64,000 nucleotides of DNA from Eledone cirrhosa (GCA_964016885.1 OZ024755.1:16306001-16370000), one strand, 5' to 3'. Shown: positions 29,055-42,869, numbered from the stretch's first letter. Numbers and translations: made by a program. Notes: generated from the sequence alone by a model not told the origin.

Positions 29055-29324
29055 GTACAATACACACACGCTTGTGTGTATGTATAATGTCAGACTTGAT
29101 CGAAATATTTAAGATACAGAATATATTACCAAAATGGAAACTAACTTCAAAAGCCCTAATGACTGAGGAATTTAATAATAATTATTCTTAAAATAACATT
29201 AGTGTTGTTTATGACATTTATCCCAAGGTCAATCAAGCCATACAGGCTTACATTCAAAACAATTCCAGCCGTGACGATCCGGCTAATGCTTTATTTCTTT
29301 TAAAGTCAATTTCGGCTAATCGGT

Positions 29325-29547
29325 TTAACCCTTTAGCATTTAAACCAGCTGTACTCGGCCAGAATTCTCTCACCTCTTTAAACTGTCTGTAATCGGCTGC
29401 TCATACCAATGTTAAGGTATTGTTCTCAAAATAAATAACATCAAAATCTCATAGATTTGATATTATGTGAGATAATTATGTGAAGTAAAGACTTTACCAC
29501 AAAAATATAATAGTAAATATAGAGTAATGTAAATGCTAAAGGGTTAA
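29325..29547. mobile_element. piggyBac-type MITE
   Basis: TTAA TSD on both sides; perfect 14-bp TIR CCCTTTAGCATTTA / TAAATGCTAAAGGG. Confidence 0.9.
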
Positions 29548-30571
29548 AGTCATTCTTTAACACTCCCCAGCTTCTAGTCAATAGTAGGTGTTCTGTCTGC
29601 TACTCTCTCTTCTACCGTTACTACAATGGTCTCTGTTCCTTGAAGTTTGCTGGATTCCTACCTGCTTCCACTTAGGCGCTCCCAACTCACTCATCAATCC
29701 TCCTCATGTCCCCCGATGTGTGTCTACCCCAGCTCCCATGCCTTACTCTAACCGATATGCACCAGCACTGCAGTACGGTGATGACAGTTATGGTGCTGGG
29801 ACCACGAATTAAAAAATAAATAAATTTTTAAAAAAGCACCCAGATGAACACTCATCGTCGAAACGGATGGAGATCCATTCTTTCTTTACATTTTTGTGGG
29901 TTTTTTTTCTCTTTTGTTTGTTTCTAATATTCATAGAGATAGAGAGAGATATGCTGAAGTAGATGACAAAATTTTACTGTAATAAAAGTGGTAAGGGGGA
30001 TATAAGCCTGTAATGACTCAATGATGGTGGTGGTGGTGGTAGTTGGGGGGGGGGAGAAATGTCAAGGAGTAGGCAAAAAGAAGGTGAAACTTCACATATT
30101 GAAGAATAACAAGAGGGGGATGGGTGAGTGGAGGTGAGGTGAGGTGAGGGTAAGGCAAACAGATAACAGTTGTAACAGGCGAGATTTCTCAATGAATTCC
30201 AAGCTTAGCCTCGTCGTGTTTACGTTCACGTACGATAACGCGTGACTCATTTGAATCATTTCATTGGAGGGGTTTCACCGTACCTCCCCCTCCAGCCTTC
30301 TTTCACCCTCTCACTTCAACAACACACTGTTGCTAACTTTTTCACTCTAGTTCTCTAGATAGATAGATACAACACACACATACGTACACATATCTCTCTA
30401 TATAGATAGATGTATATACTTACATACATCATAGATATTTGTACACACACACATATATACATATATATATATGTGTGTGTGTGTGTGTATATATATGTGT
30501 GTGTGTATATATGTATATATATATATATATGTGTGTATATATATATATATATATGTATGTATATATATATC

Positions 30572-30620
<49 letters not shown>

Positions 30621-30657
30621 GTATATGTACATATACATACATGTATATGTACATATA

Positions 30658-31139
30658 TTGGACATCCTGCAGGACTAAAAACAAAACCTGTCAAAGGGCA
30701 AAGGAGCTCTTAAGAGTCAATGGCCATCCAAAATCACTGGGAGAGATGACCCCTTAGCCTTTGTCAAGGCAGAATTCTAGGAGAAGGAAAACTCTGATAT
30801 AACACCTGCAACCCTGATGGTATCCAATGATGTTGACTTGTTCTTCTTTTTGGTAAATATCATCTTGGTTAAGAGAGTGGGACTGGCTTTGTGCAGTGCC
30901 TTTGCTCACTATAAAAGCTTCACGGCACAGGCATTGCTTTATATCTGGAGATCTCTGATCTCTCTGCACTTGTCGTCACATGGTACCATGGGCCAAGCAC
31001 TATGTTTCAATAATTGTCACAGGTGTAGTGTTTGTACCAGAGTTTTCAAGTCGCTGGCTGGACTGAAAAGTCACACTCGGGGGTTCTCCTACATGGATAT
31101 AAAGTAGTGGCCGTACTCGAAAACGAGTTGGCAGCCACC
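30658..31139 (+). mobile_element. Non-autonomous RTE-like element, copy 5 (5'-truncated)
   Basis: Matches copy 4 from TTGGACATCC onward, with small indels. Confidence 0.85.
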
Positions 31140-31209
31140 ATATGTACATATATATATATTTGTATATATATATATATTTGTATATATATATATATATATA
31201 TATTTGTAT

Positions 31210-31243
<34 letters not shown>

Positions 31244-31421
31244 ACATATATATACATATATATACACACATATATACATATACACGCACACACATATATA
31301 TATATATATACATATACACGCACACACACACGCCTTATTCCTTCTCTTTCTATCTTATATTACATTCCTTCCGCTTTGCTCTAAATCTTTTTAACTCTCC
31401 CTTTCTTTTCCCTTTCTCATA

Positions 31422-31504
<83 letters not shown>

Positions 31505-31935
31505 TTATATGTCTTTCTCATGTCCTCTTCGCACTCCTCCCCTCGCTCAACCCATTTATCTAGTTCATTCTTTCTTCTTTTTTTCTTTCTCTTCTAATAC
31601 TAACCTTTCTCTCTTTCTTTCTTTGTTTTATTATTGACCGATTTTTTATATTTTTAGATAACTTCCTCGTGTTCCCCCTCAATAACTGCCCCCACCCCTC
31701 ACATATTCACTCTTTCCCCATCACATCACTATCTAACCCCTTTCTCTCCCCCCCCCCTTCTACTATCTCTCCACCCCCTCTCTCTCTTTTCTTCCTTTCA
31801 TTCATTCTTTTTTTTTCCTCTAATTCCACAAACCAACAGTTTTCGTCACGTGACTTACTTTCTGGCTACCTGGTTCACATTAAAAAGCAAAAGTTACTTC
31901 CACCATTTTGAAAACACTACCACCAGCACCACTAC

Positions 31936-31985
<50 letters not shown>

Positions 31986-32424
31986 AAATAGGCCACAAAA
32001 GCTGATTAAATTGGGGACAATACTTTGAAAGAAAAACAACACAGACATCGATTAAAGAGATGATGAAATCAACAAAATGAAAGTAGTATATATATATATA
32101 TATATATATATATGTAGATGTACCAAGTTTTTTCACTGGTCACTTTACTGTGAGTGGCCAGCTATTCTGTATGTAAACACACAGACAAACCGGTTTTTAG
32201 AGTCATACTGGTTTTTGAGGAAACACCTTTCCTCTATTCTCCAGAAAGCCAGACAAGGAATATTGAACTAGTTTCGTTGTTGTTACAACTCATCAGCAAT
32301 ATTTACCCATCTTCCGGCCTATATATATATATATATAATATATATATATATATATAATTATATATATATATATAATATATATATATATATATAATTAGAA
32401 AGTCAACAACACAATATATAACTA

Positions 32425-32492
32425 CTCCATCACCAAAGGTTTCAGGACCCTAGACAATATAAATATACGCCTAGATCGTTCATCAGACGGAG
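32425..32492 (-). ncRNA. Type I hammerhead, cleavage triplet GUG
   Basis: Minus strand: CTCCGT CTGATGA [~11-bp imperfect stem II] GAAAC C TTT G GT G ATGGAG; 6-bp stem I; G at position 17 suggests inactivation. Confidence 0.65.
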
Positions 32493-32766
32493 ATGTTATG
32501 AATAGAAAATATGAAATGAGATTTAAAATCTGTTAAAACTTTTGATTCCAGAGTCGGGCCAGATCGAAGCTTGAGCTGATCAACAACGAAACGCGCGTCA
32601 ACAATTAATGTTTAGCTCTACACCTCGTTACTAACGTGAACCTAAACCTCGAGTGCTCACCAGGGTGAACCTACAGTAACTTCACGTTACACTCCCCGGA
32701 TATATATATATATATATATATAATTCGTTTTTAATTTGTTTTGCGAAATTTCTTATCTGAAAACAT

Positions 32767-32881
32767 GTTATATTTTGGGAGAGTCATGCTGCCAATATTA
32801 AAGACCAACCAACAAGTGCGTCTATTTTTATTGGCAGCATGATCCTCCCAAAGTATAACAATATATATATATATATATTGT

Positions 32882-32930
<49 letters not shown>

Positions 32931-32979
32931 ATACTAACGGAAGAGTTGTGGTATATATATATATATATAACGGAGGAGT

Positions 32980-33032
<53 letters not shown>

Positions 33033-33054
33033 TAGCATGATCCTCCCAAAGTAT

Positions 33055-33096
<42 letters not shown>

Positions 33097-33113
33097 ATAC
33101 TTTGGGAGAATCA

Positions 33114-33116
<3 letters not shown>
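32767..33116. mobile_element. Inverted terminal fragments of another TA-inserted element
   Basis: GTTATA(C/T)TTTGGGAGA(G/A)TCAT motif and its reverse complement occur four times around TA runs. Confidence 0.6.
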
Positions 33117-33190
<74 letters not shown>

Positions 33191-33311
33191 CACAACTCCT
33201 CCGTTATATATATATACCACAACTCTTCTGTTATATATATATACCACAACTCTTCTGTTATATATATATACCACAACTCTTCTGTTATATATATATACCA
33301 CAACTCCTCCG

Positions 33312-33365
<54 letters not shown>

Positions 33366-34402
33366 CGGAGGAGTTGTGGTAAGGAACCAGATGCACCATA
33401 ACGCACCAGAGTACTCAATACTTAGGGTAGTAGAGTAGGTAATTTATATATATATATATTGCGTAGAAATATCCAAGATCTCCAGCAGACAACTGATGAA
33501 GGAAAATTATCCGTTCGTGCTTTCCTCTTATTTATAATAAATAAGAGCAACTTATCCAGCAACTACACAACCCCTGTTTCTTCTAACAAAATTATATATA
33601 TATATATAACAACAATGGTATGGACCAGTAACTCCTGAGGGGGTTATAGGGACGCCATATTGACATACGACGTTTCTAGGGCAATTTGTGAAAGAACCTG
33701 GCAGTGCCAATCTCCTCTTCAGCTAGAAACACAGCAAATTTACCCCGGAGAAAGATAGAGAGAGTGAGAGGATGAAATTGAGAAAGAGATATAGATGAAG
33801 TATCGACATCAGTACTAGACTGGTTCTTTTTTATCGACCTTGACCTCGGCGAGATTTGAACTCAGAGACTAGAGAGTCGAAACGATAGAATACCGCAAAG
33901 TATTCTAACGACTGACAATTCGCCACCTATATATATATATATGTATATATAAATATAAATGTGTGTGTATGTCTGTCTGTGTGGTAGAGTTGGGTGCATC
34001 GAAAAAAAAAACACTTTATATTTATCCTGCCCAAATTGCACAGACACACCATTGCCACTCTCACCATTTAACACTTTTGATACTAAATTGTTAGAAACCG
34101 CTCCTAGTTCTACGAAACAAAACTACGTATATGCGTATCTAAAGCTGTTCATTTCAAAACAGTCCATTATAATTTCGAGTAACGAACATGCAAGCCGGCA
34201 ACAATGGTTGGCAACAAGCTTGGAGTATCGGCAGGAAAGCGTCATTTGCTGTGTAATTAGTTATCTCCTCTTGCATTTTTCTTATTCCATTGACCTGACT
34301 TTGACTGGACAACAGACTTCTACAACAGAGCATGTTTTTAATCTGTGGTTCCAAACAACAATGTATATATATATTGTATATATATATATTTAATATAGAA
34401 AA

Positions 34403-34472
34403 TGCTTCTACAGGACTAGAACTGTTTCATTCGGGAGAAATCATCAGGGGCTTCCTGATGATTTCTCCCGAA
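34403..34472. ncRNA. Inverted pair of hammerhead fragments (family C)
   Basis: Minus strand CTGATGA TTTCTCCCGAAT GAAACAG TTCTAGTC CTGTA GAAGC; plus strand GCTTC CTGATGA TTTCTCCCGAA; decayed relative at ~36223-36300. Confidence 0.65.
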
Positions 34473-34675
34473 GAGCTTGAGCTCTGCCGTCGGGGTCATA
34501 CTTTCTTCTATTACCCACTCTACTACCCTAAGTATTTAGTACTCTGGTGCGTTATGGTCCATCTGGTTCCTTACCACAACTCCTTCGTTATATATATATA
34601 TAACGAAGGAATCTGATATATATATATAAGAAAACATATGTTTATATGTCTTTGCGAAATCCAGAGACTTTCAAT

Positions 34676-35148
34676 AATGACCAAAAATCGACCCTAAATA
34701 TTACTAATAGCTCTAGGAAGGCCATGAACACCACCACATCTTTTTAACTTTGATTTTGAAAGTAGGTTTATAATTATCAATTTTTTTATTATACTTTTGT
34801 AGCTGTCTCGGTGGCCTAGTTGGAGGAATCATAGACGGTGGTGATCCTGGTCTGAAGTTCGATCCTGGTAGGGAGTAGGGTTCCCGCTAAACCTTTTCAG
34901 TTTTTTCTATTGGTTGTAAAATAAAAACTGAAAAAGGTTGCATGTACCTCTTGACCAGGATTGAATCCAAGGACAGGATCTCCACTGTTTCTAGTACCTA
35001 CCGCTAGGCCACTGAAACAGCTACGAAATTCTTATGAAAATTCTTACTTATAAACCTACTTTCAAAATTTTCAAAACAAAGTGTTACGGTGTCGTTCATG
35101 TCTTTCTTAATGTTATTGCTTCTACTTAAGGTGGACTTCTAAATCATT
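34676..35148. mobile_element. Old foldback element with two convergent tRNA-like arms
   Basis: Arms align as reverse complements (e.g. ATTTTGAAAGTAGGTTTATAA / TTATAAACCTACTTTCAAAAT); A and B boxes in each arm. Confidence 0.65.
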
Positions 35149-35560
35149 TGGGTGTTCCATAAACTACATCCTCGTTTTGTTTCACATCTATCTAGACTAT
35201 ATTTTAACCTGTAATCCATGTTTCATTTCTGTTCCACCTCATTTCTCTCTCTCTGTATAGGTGTAGTCGATCACATTATCTGTAGTACGTATTCAAGTAC
35301 TTATTTTATCGATCTCTATTTGTCGAATTACTAAGTTATAGGGCATAACGAAACAGTAAATTTAAACACACATATGTGTTTATATATTTATATATACATA
35401 TATACACACAGATTAGTCACCTCCAAAGCTATAGTAGATAACAATTGCTCAAGGTATCATGAAGTGAGAATGAACACGCAATAATGTGGTTGCAAAGCAA
35501 TCTCCTTCATCACACACGTGTATATATATATATATGAGAAAGAGAGAGAGTGAGAGAGAG

Positions 35561-35652
<92 letters not shown>

Positions 35653-36026
35653 AAAATAGCCGAGTTGATAGGGTGTTGGTCTCGCCATATTGGGAACTAA
35701 GCGTTCAAATCTGTTGGTTGTGGTTCGTTCTGTTACTGGGCACTTAGCTGTCGGGAATGGATGGTAGATCGATGTGAAGAAAGGTCAATAGAGCTGATCA
35801 CCTATTGATACATACCACTGATCACGAAAGGTCAAGCAATGGACTCCATCACGAAAGTGATTCACTCCAGCTTCATATATTATACTGCCCTCATCCCCCC
35901 CCCCCTCTCACATATATATATACACACACACACATACATATGTGCAGTGCCTATGAGTGTGCATAGATAACTATATATACACATATTTGCATATACATAT
36001 AATGTGTGTGTGTGTGTGTGTCTATG

Positions 36027-36075
<49 letters not shown>

Positions 36076-36148
36076 GCGTGTGTGCGTATGTATGTATATA
36101 CATGTGTGTGTGTATATACATACATACATACATACATACATACATACA

Positions 36149-36179
<31 letters not shown>

Positions 36180-36417
36180 GTGCAGTGCCTATGTATGTGT
36201 ATGTATCATAGAATTGAGATATACAGGACTAGAACTGTTTCATTCGTTTCAAATCATCCGGATGATCCTATTGATTTCAGACGAATATAATCCTGTAGAA
36301 GTTTTTTTTCTATATGAAATAAACTCGTACCTTTTCTTCTTAATGAAGTGTGTACTTTATTTAACTGTGGCCCTCCTTCCGTTTCTCCCTGGAAACCATT
36401 CTTAATTTTCTCTTTAT

Positions 36418-36507
<90 letters not shown>

Positions 36508-37115
36508 GGTGGCTGCCAACTCGTTTTCGAGTACGGCCACTACTTTATATCCATGTAGGAGAAACCCTACCGATGCGCTGAGCAAGTGTGACTTTTTAGT
36601 CCAGCCAACGACTTGAAAACTCTGGTACAAACACTACACCTGTGACAATTATTGACACATAGTGCTGGGCCCATGGTACCATGTGACGACAAGTGCAGAG
36701 AGATCTCCAGATATAAAGCAATGCCTGTGCCATGAAGCTTTTATAGTGAGCAAAGGCACTGCACAAAGCCAGTCCCACTCTCTTAACCAAGATGATATTT
36801 ACGAAAAAGAAGAACAAGTCAACATCATTGGATACCATCAGGGTTGCAGGTGTTATATCAGAGTTTTCCTTCTCCTAGAATTCTGCCTTGACAAAGGCTA
36901 CGGGGTCATCTCTCCCGATGATTTTAGATGGCCATTGACTCTTAAGAGCTCCTTTGCCCTTTGACAGGTTTTGTTTTTAGTCCTGCAGGATGTCCAAAGT
37001 CACCCTCCTCACCAAGAAACCTTGGTGGGGTTGCCAGTTTAGTCGCCAACGACCCGACCATGAGACAGGTTGTACTGGGATACATGTTACCAGTAGCACC
37101 AACTGGTGACCTGAC
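36508..37115 (-). mobile_element. Non-autonomous RTE-like element, copy 6 (full length)
   Basis: Reverse complement of copy 4; same 5' start nucleotide. Confidence 0.85.
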
Positions 37116-37267
37116 ATATATATATATACATGCATACATATATACATACATACTGGCTGAAATTATCAGCAATGGTGAGACCAATTGAGAAGTTCCACCC
37201 CACTCTGTAAGCGGTTGAGGTCTGGGATCTTGTCGGTCGTAATATGTACACACACACACACACACAC

Positions 37268-37324
<57 letters not shown>

Positions 37325-37370
37325 GATTTAATTTGGATTGCTTCGGGAACGTAACCTTATTATGTAAGAA

Positions 37371-37445
37371 GCTGTCTGATGATGTCACGGCACAGGGTAC
37401 ACGGAATTGTGTGGCCACTGTCGTCATTGAAATATATATCACAGC
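37371..37445 (+). ncRNA. Type I hammerhead ribozyme (AUC site)
   Basis: GCTGT CTGATGA [long imperfect stem II] GAAAT ATAT ATC ACAGC; stem I GCTGT/ACAGC perfect; ~130-bp insert between TA tracts. Confidence 0.7.
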
Positions 37446-37492
37446 ATTATCATTAAAGGACTTTAACATCTGAAACTACTTCGCATTTTCTT

Positions 37493-37534
<42 letters not shown>

Positions 37535-37542
37535 TAGATATG

Positions 37543-37890
37543 TTTCTTTATTAGTCACAGGGGCACAAAAGAAGGGGACAAATACAAAGGTGGAAGTTTA
37601 CATACAATAAAAACGTGTAAAATGCTATCACAAATGTAATTTAAAAATTAATCGATTTTCCCCAATAGGGGGAGACATTTCATATGGGTAACACATACCC
37701 CCGAAAAAATGTGCAACCATCATCTCCAGGAGTACGAAGAGTTTGTACCCCTTTCTTCTCTTCCTCCAGGCTGATATAGAGAGAAGGTCCATTCACTCGG
37801 GCCATTCTCGCCACTTTCACCCACCTTTCATAAACTTGCTGGGTACTCTCTTCATCCTGATTCTTCTTCCAAAGTGGTATTTGCAAAAAA
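37543..37890 (-). mobile_element. Tx1-like 3' fragment, copy D
   Basis: [22 protein letters not shown] plus the same 3' UTR; GATA-type flanks. Confidence 0.8.
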
Positions 37891-38079
37891 AAAGATAGAA
37901 AGATAGAAATATATAGATATATATAAGTTGACGGAAATAGCATGGGTTTCACTGCTAGTACCGGTTGCATCTCGGCGTACTCAATAGGTAATGTTAAGTA
38001 AACTCCCAGAGTAGACGCATGGTTAATTCGCTTCACTACAGCGCACGTTAATGGGTACCTTCAATCAGACCCATACTTG

Positions 38080-38114
<35 letters not shown>

Positions 38115-38154
38115 TACATATATACGTACACAAACACACACACACACACACATG

Positions 38155-38254
<100 letters not shown>

Positions 38255-38498
38255 AAGGGAACACGAAACGAACGAACGAACAAGATGCAATAACAAATTT
38301 ATATATATATATATATATACACACACACATATATATACACACACATATATACACACACACATACATACATATATATATATACACACATACATACATATAT
38401 ATATACACACACATACATATATATATACACACACATACATATATATATATATATACACACACATACATACATACATATATATATATATATACACACAC

Positions 38499-38541
<43 letters not shown>

Positions 38542-38650
38542 TACATACACATATATATATACACACACATACATACATATACATACATACACATATATAT
38601 ATACACACACATACATACATATACATACATACACATATATATATACACAC

Positions 38651-38699
<49 letters not shown>

Positions 38700-38984
38700 A
38701 AATACTTTGTGCAGACTCTCCTGACATGTGCAGACACATCAGACATGCATAAACTGATGGAGACAATTCCATCATTTCCTTGATTAGTACATTTCATTAG
38801 TGAAGTCACGTGGCTTGGTGGTTAGGGTGTTCAGCTTTACAACCATAATGTAATTTCAAATCCCGTTAACGCGCTGAGTCCTTGAACAAGAAGACGTTTT
38901 TATTTTCACATTAAAACTCTGCTTCGGTATTGAGTACTCCCTTCTCTCAGCCGTCAACCACATACGGATACACATACATACATG

Positions 38985-39030
<46 letters not shown>

Positions 39031-39032
<2 letters not shown>

Positions 39033-39196
39033 GGAAAAAGTATGACTCCGACGGCAGAGCTCAAGCCGTTTCGACGGCTAACGGCTTGAGCTCTGCCGTC
39101 TGGGTCATACCTTTTCCTATTTCCCACTCTACTACCCTAAGTATTGAGTACTCTGGTGCGTTATGGTCCATTTGGTTCCTTACCACAATTCCTTTG

Positions 39197-39199
<3 letters not shown>
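39031..39199. mobile_element. pLTR fragment family B, head-to-head inverted pair
   Basis: ...GACGGCAGAGCTCAAGCCGTTTCGACGGCTA|ACGGCTTGAGCTCTGCCGTC...; TA flanks. Confidence 0.7.
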
Positions 39200-39252
<53 letters not shown>

Positions 39253-39283
39253 TATTCCTGCTTACCTTATGTATAATATATAA

Positions 39284-39314
<31 letters not shown>

Positions 39315-39339
39315 ATGGAACGATCGACTTTCGTCATCG

Positions 39340-39530
39340 GACCGAGGAAACAATGTTTCCATTGGTTTTTCCAATGGCTAATACTATATATCGGTCGCAA
39401 CTCCAGGTAGAAGGAACAACGTGAAATAAAGTGTCTTGCTCGAGGACACAGCACATCGCCCTGTCCGGGAATCGAACTCAGAACCTCACGATTGCGAATC
39501 CAATTCTTTAACCAGTCCGCCACACGCCTT
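39340..39530 (-). mobile_element. tRNA-derived SINE family 2 (Arg-like head)
   Basis: Minus strand TGGCGGACTGG...GATTCGCAATC...GAGTTCGATTCC, then GTGTCCTCGAGCAAGACACTTTATTTCACG; second copy at ~52515-52700 (+). Confidence 0.75.
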
Positions 39531-40576
39531 CACTAATACACACACACACACACACACACAAGTAATGGTGGTGAAGGGCTGATATAATCAAATGTATTCT
39601 TGAAACGTGACCTTATGCTCAAGATAGAATCGGGCATCATCAAACTGTCTACGTGTATGTAGTCATGCATACCCCTAAAAGAGGGGGTGGTCACTCCTTT
39701 AATCCTAGATCTGGTTTATCAGTGTTGACCTGGGTTAAACAACAACGTCTAGACAACAGAGAAGTCTCTATGAGGTTCTTGGCCTGCTAAAGATAGTAGC
39801 CAAATATTCAAATTTTATATTAAAAAAACACAGACATCAATGTGTGGCGTGTGTGTGTGCGTATGTGTGTATCAACATCATTAACCCTTTCATCGAAAGA
39901 CTGGCACCCCCACACCTACCCTAACATGTCGTCGGCCTCGTGGTCCTGACCGAGTTGTAATCATGGATAGATAAATAAATAAATAAATAAATAACGAACA
40001 ATCACATCAAGGACGCCATTTTGTCATAGGTCTGCTTGGTTAAAGCTAAGCTTTGGTGTTAAACAACAAACCGTCCAGAAAGAGTTAAATTTAGATACGA
40101 TACTTAAGCAAGAGGAAACAACCCTAAAACTACAACAATTCAACAAACAAACTACCATTTTGTTTCGGGGGCGGCTGCTGGTGTGTAAATGAGCATTCTT
40201 TCCTGCCGTGTTAGCATAAATATATATATATATATATATATAAACACACACATATATGTATGTATGTATTTACACACACATATACACATATATGTATATG
40301 TGCGCGTTAGTTAAGCCAGCGTATATTTGAGCGGAATTTGGCATGTTTAAAATGTTTTAAGTATTGTGTGTGTGTGTGTATGTGTGTGTGAGAGAGAGAG
40401 AGGAGGTTGCTTTACTTTCTGAGCTACTCATGAAAATATATTCAGACGATAAAGTCAGGTGACTGGGAGTAAAAGGAAATGATAGGGCTTAGATAGATAG
40501 ACTGGCAGATGGAGTCTCTTTGTGACAGACAGAGATAGAGAACAAGATAGGCAGATAGATAGATAGATGAAAAGCA

Positions 40577-40614
<38 letters not shown>

Positions 40615-40743
40615 GACATTAATACATACATTCACACATTCGCTTCCTTTTTCTTCATTACACACATACACACATAAATGTGTGTACATAAGATCTTTTT
40701 TTTTCATACGGAGAAAACAGATAGGCAGAGAGATAAAAGCACG

Positions 40744-40796
<53 letters not shown>

Positions 40797-40872
40797 AATA
40801 TATTTATGTATATATATATATATGCAAATATATATATGCAAATATATTTATGTATATATATATATATATATG

Positions 40873-40910
<38 letters not shown>

Positions 40911-40922
40911 AACGTGTGTATA

Positions 40923-40971
<49 letters not shown>

Positions 40972-41376
40972 GTGTGTGTAGATAGATACATAAGCAAAAG
41001 TTGTAGATAAGAAAAAGAAAAAAAAAAAAAGAGGAAACTATAAGAATAAAAATAAAAACACACTGCCCCCTCCGCCACCTTCACCACCTCCTCCTCCTCC
41101 AAGAGGCCATGGTGGGGGCGTGAATGAACGTTAAGAAAACCGAGATAAGCAGGCAGAATTAAGAAAACAAAACATTTAGATACATTGCGATAGACGTACA
41201 ACAGTTTACGAGGAACGACACCGGATGTCGGTGTTTACTAGTCGACCAGATCACGTGACCGGACTCTCCCTTCCCCGACACCACTAGTTTTCTGTGTTGG
41301 TAATTTTGTTTTGTTATTTTTGGTACTTTTTCCTCTTTTTTTTTTTTTTTTTTTTTTTACTTCCTACTAGTGCTGA

Positions 41377-42222
41377 TGGAGGTGGTGGTATTGGTGGTTG
41401 TGGTTGTGGTGTTGGTGGTGGTGGTGGTGGTTTTGGTGTCGGTGGTGGTGTTGGTGTTGGTAGTGGTGGTGGGGTGGTGCTATTGGTGTTGGTGGTTGTG
41501 GTTGTGGTGTTGGTGGTGGTGGTTTTGGTGTCGGTGGTGGTTTTGGTGTCGGTGTTGGTGTTGGTAGTGGTGGTGGGGTGGTGGTGGTGTTGGTGGTGTT
41601 GTTAGTGGTGTTGTTGTTGTTGGTGGTGGTGGTATTGGTGGTGTTGGTGGTTGTGGTGTTGGTGGTATTGTTGATGGTGGTTTTGGTATTGGTGGTGGTG
41701 GTGTTGTTGGTGGTGGTGTTGTTGATGGTGGTATTGGTGTCGGTGGTCGTGTTGGCGTTGGTATTGGTGGTGGTAGTGGTGTTGGTGTTGGTGCTGTTGT
41801 TGGTGTTGCTGGTGGTGTTGTTAGTGGTGGTTTTGGTGTCGGTGGTGGTGGTGGTGGTGGTAGTATTGGTGGTGTTGTTGTTGATGATGGTATTGTTGGT
41901 GTTGGTGGGGGTGGAGTAGGTGGCGGTAGTGGTGTTTATTCTGATGTTGTTGGTTGCGGTGTTGGCGATGGGAGTGAATTTGGTAGTGGTGTTGGCGGTG
42001 GCGATGGTGGAGGTTGTGGTGGTGGCGGTGGCGATGGTGGTGGTATATCTGATGGTAGTGGCAATCATTATGGTTGCCCTGTTGTTATTACTGCTGCTCC
42101 TGATGTCAATGCTGTTGTTGCTACCACTACCACCACCACTACTGCTATTACTACCACTACCACCTGCACCACTACTACTACCACCACCACCACCACCACC
42201 ACTACCACCACTACTACTACTG
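41377..42222. repeat. Degenerate (GGT/GTT)n triplet tract
   Basis: Direct inspection; gives poly-V/poly-T ORFs. Confidence 0.9.
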
Positions 42223-42869
42223 TGTTATTTACTGGGTAATTATGATATGAAATATTACTATATATTATCTATGGCGTGGCTAAACTAGACGTAAAGACAC
42301 CATTTAGTCTGGTCATTATACAACCTATTTAGTCTCAATAGCATAATGTTCGTTTCGTAATGATTAGGGCACAAGGCTGAATATTTTCAGGGGGAAATCG
42401 ATATTGTGACGATCATAATTTCCTCGAGGGGTGACTTTCAAAAGTAGAATTCTAATTTTATGGCAAAACCCGAGCTTTGGGGATTATCTGTCTCGTTCTA
42501 CGTACGACCTTAGCCACAAACGTTCGTAATATTTTCTTGCTCCTCTGCTTTAAAAAATGAGGTCATTGCTAGACTTCCCGAAAAAAACAAAAGAAAAAAA
42601 ACATCGTGGAGGAGTAATTTAACACCAGTCTATTATTGGTTTTTATTTCACTGATCAAGGAAGCTAAGATCAACTTTATAAAGCTAAATATATTAGAATA
42701 GCATTTCGTCTCTAACGAAAGCGTTCGACAGGAAAATTCCATAGAAAATCAAGGAGAGACTAGGATTTCCCCCGCCCCCACGCCACCACACAATTCTTCG
42801 GGCTAATCATTTAGGTATGTGAAGGTCAACGTAAACAAAATAAACGCAACAACGAAATCTTACAGCCAT

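Noticed and set aside
33486-33530. CTGATGAAGG motif
   Set aside because: No stem II-GAAA-NUH arrangement downstream; at most a fragment.
39440-39530. tRNA gene
   Set aside because: The tRNA-like head runs into a SINE body and lacks a proper acceptor stem; SINE-derived.
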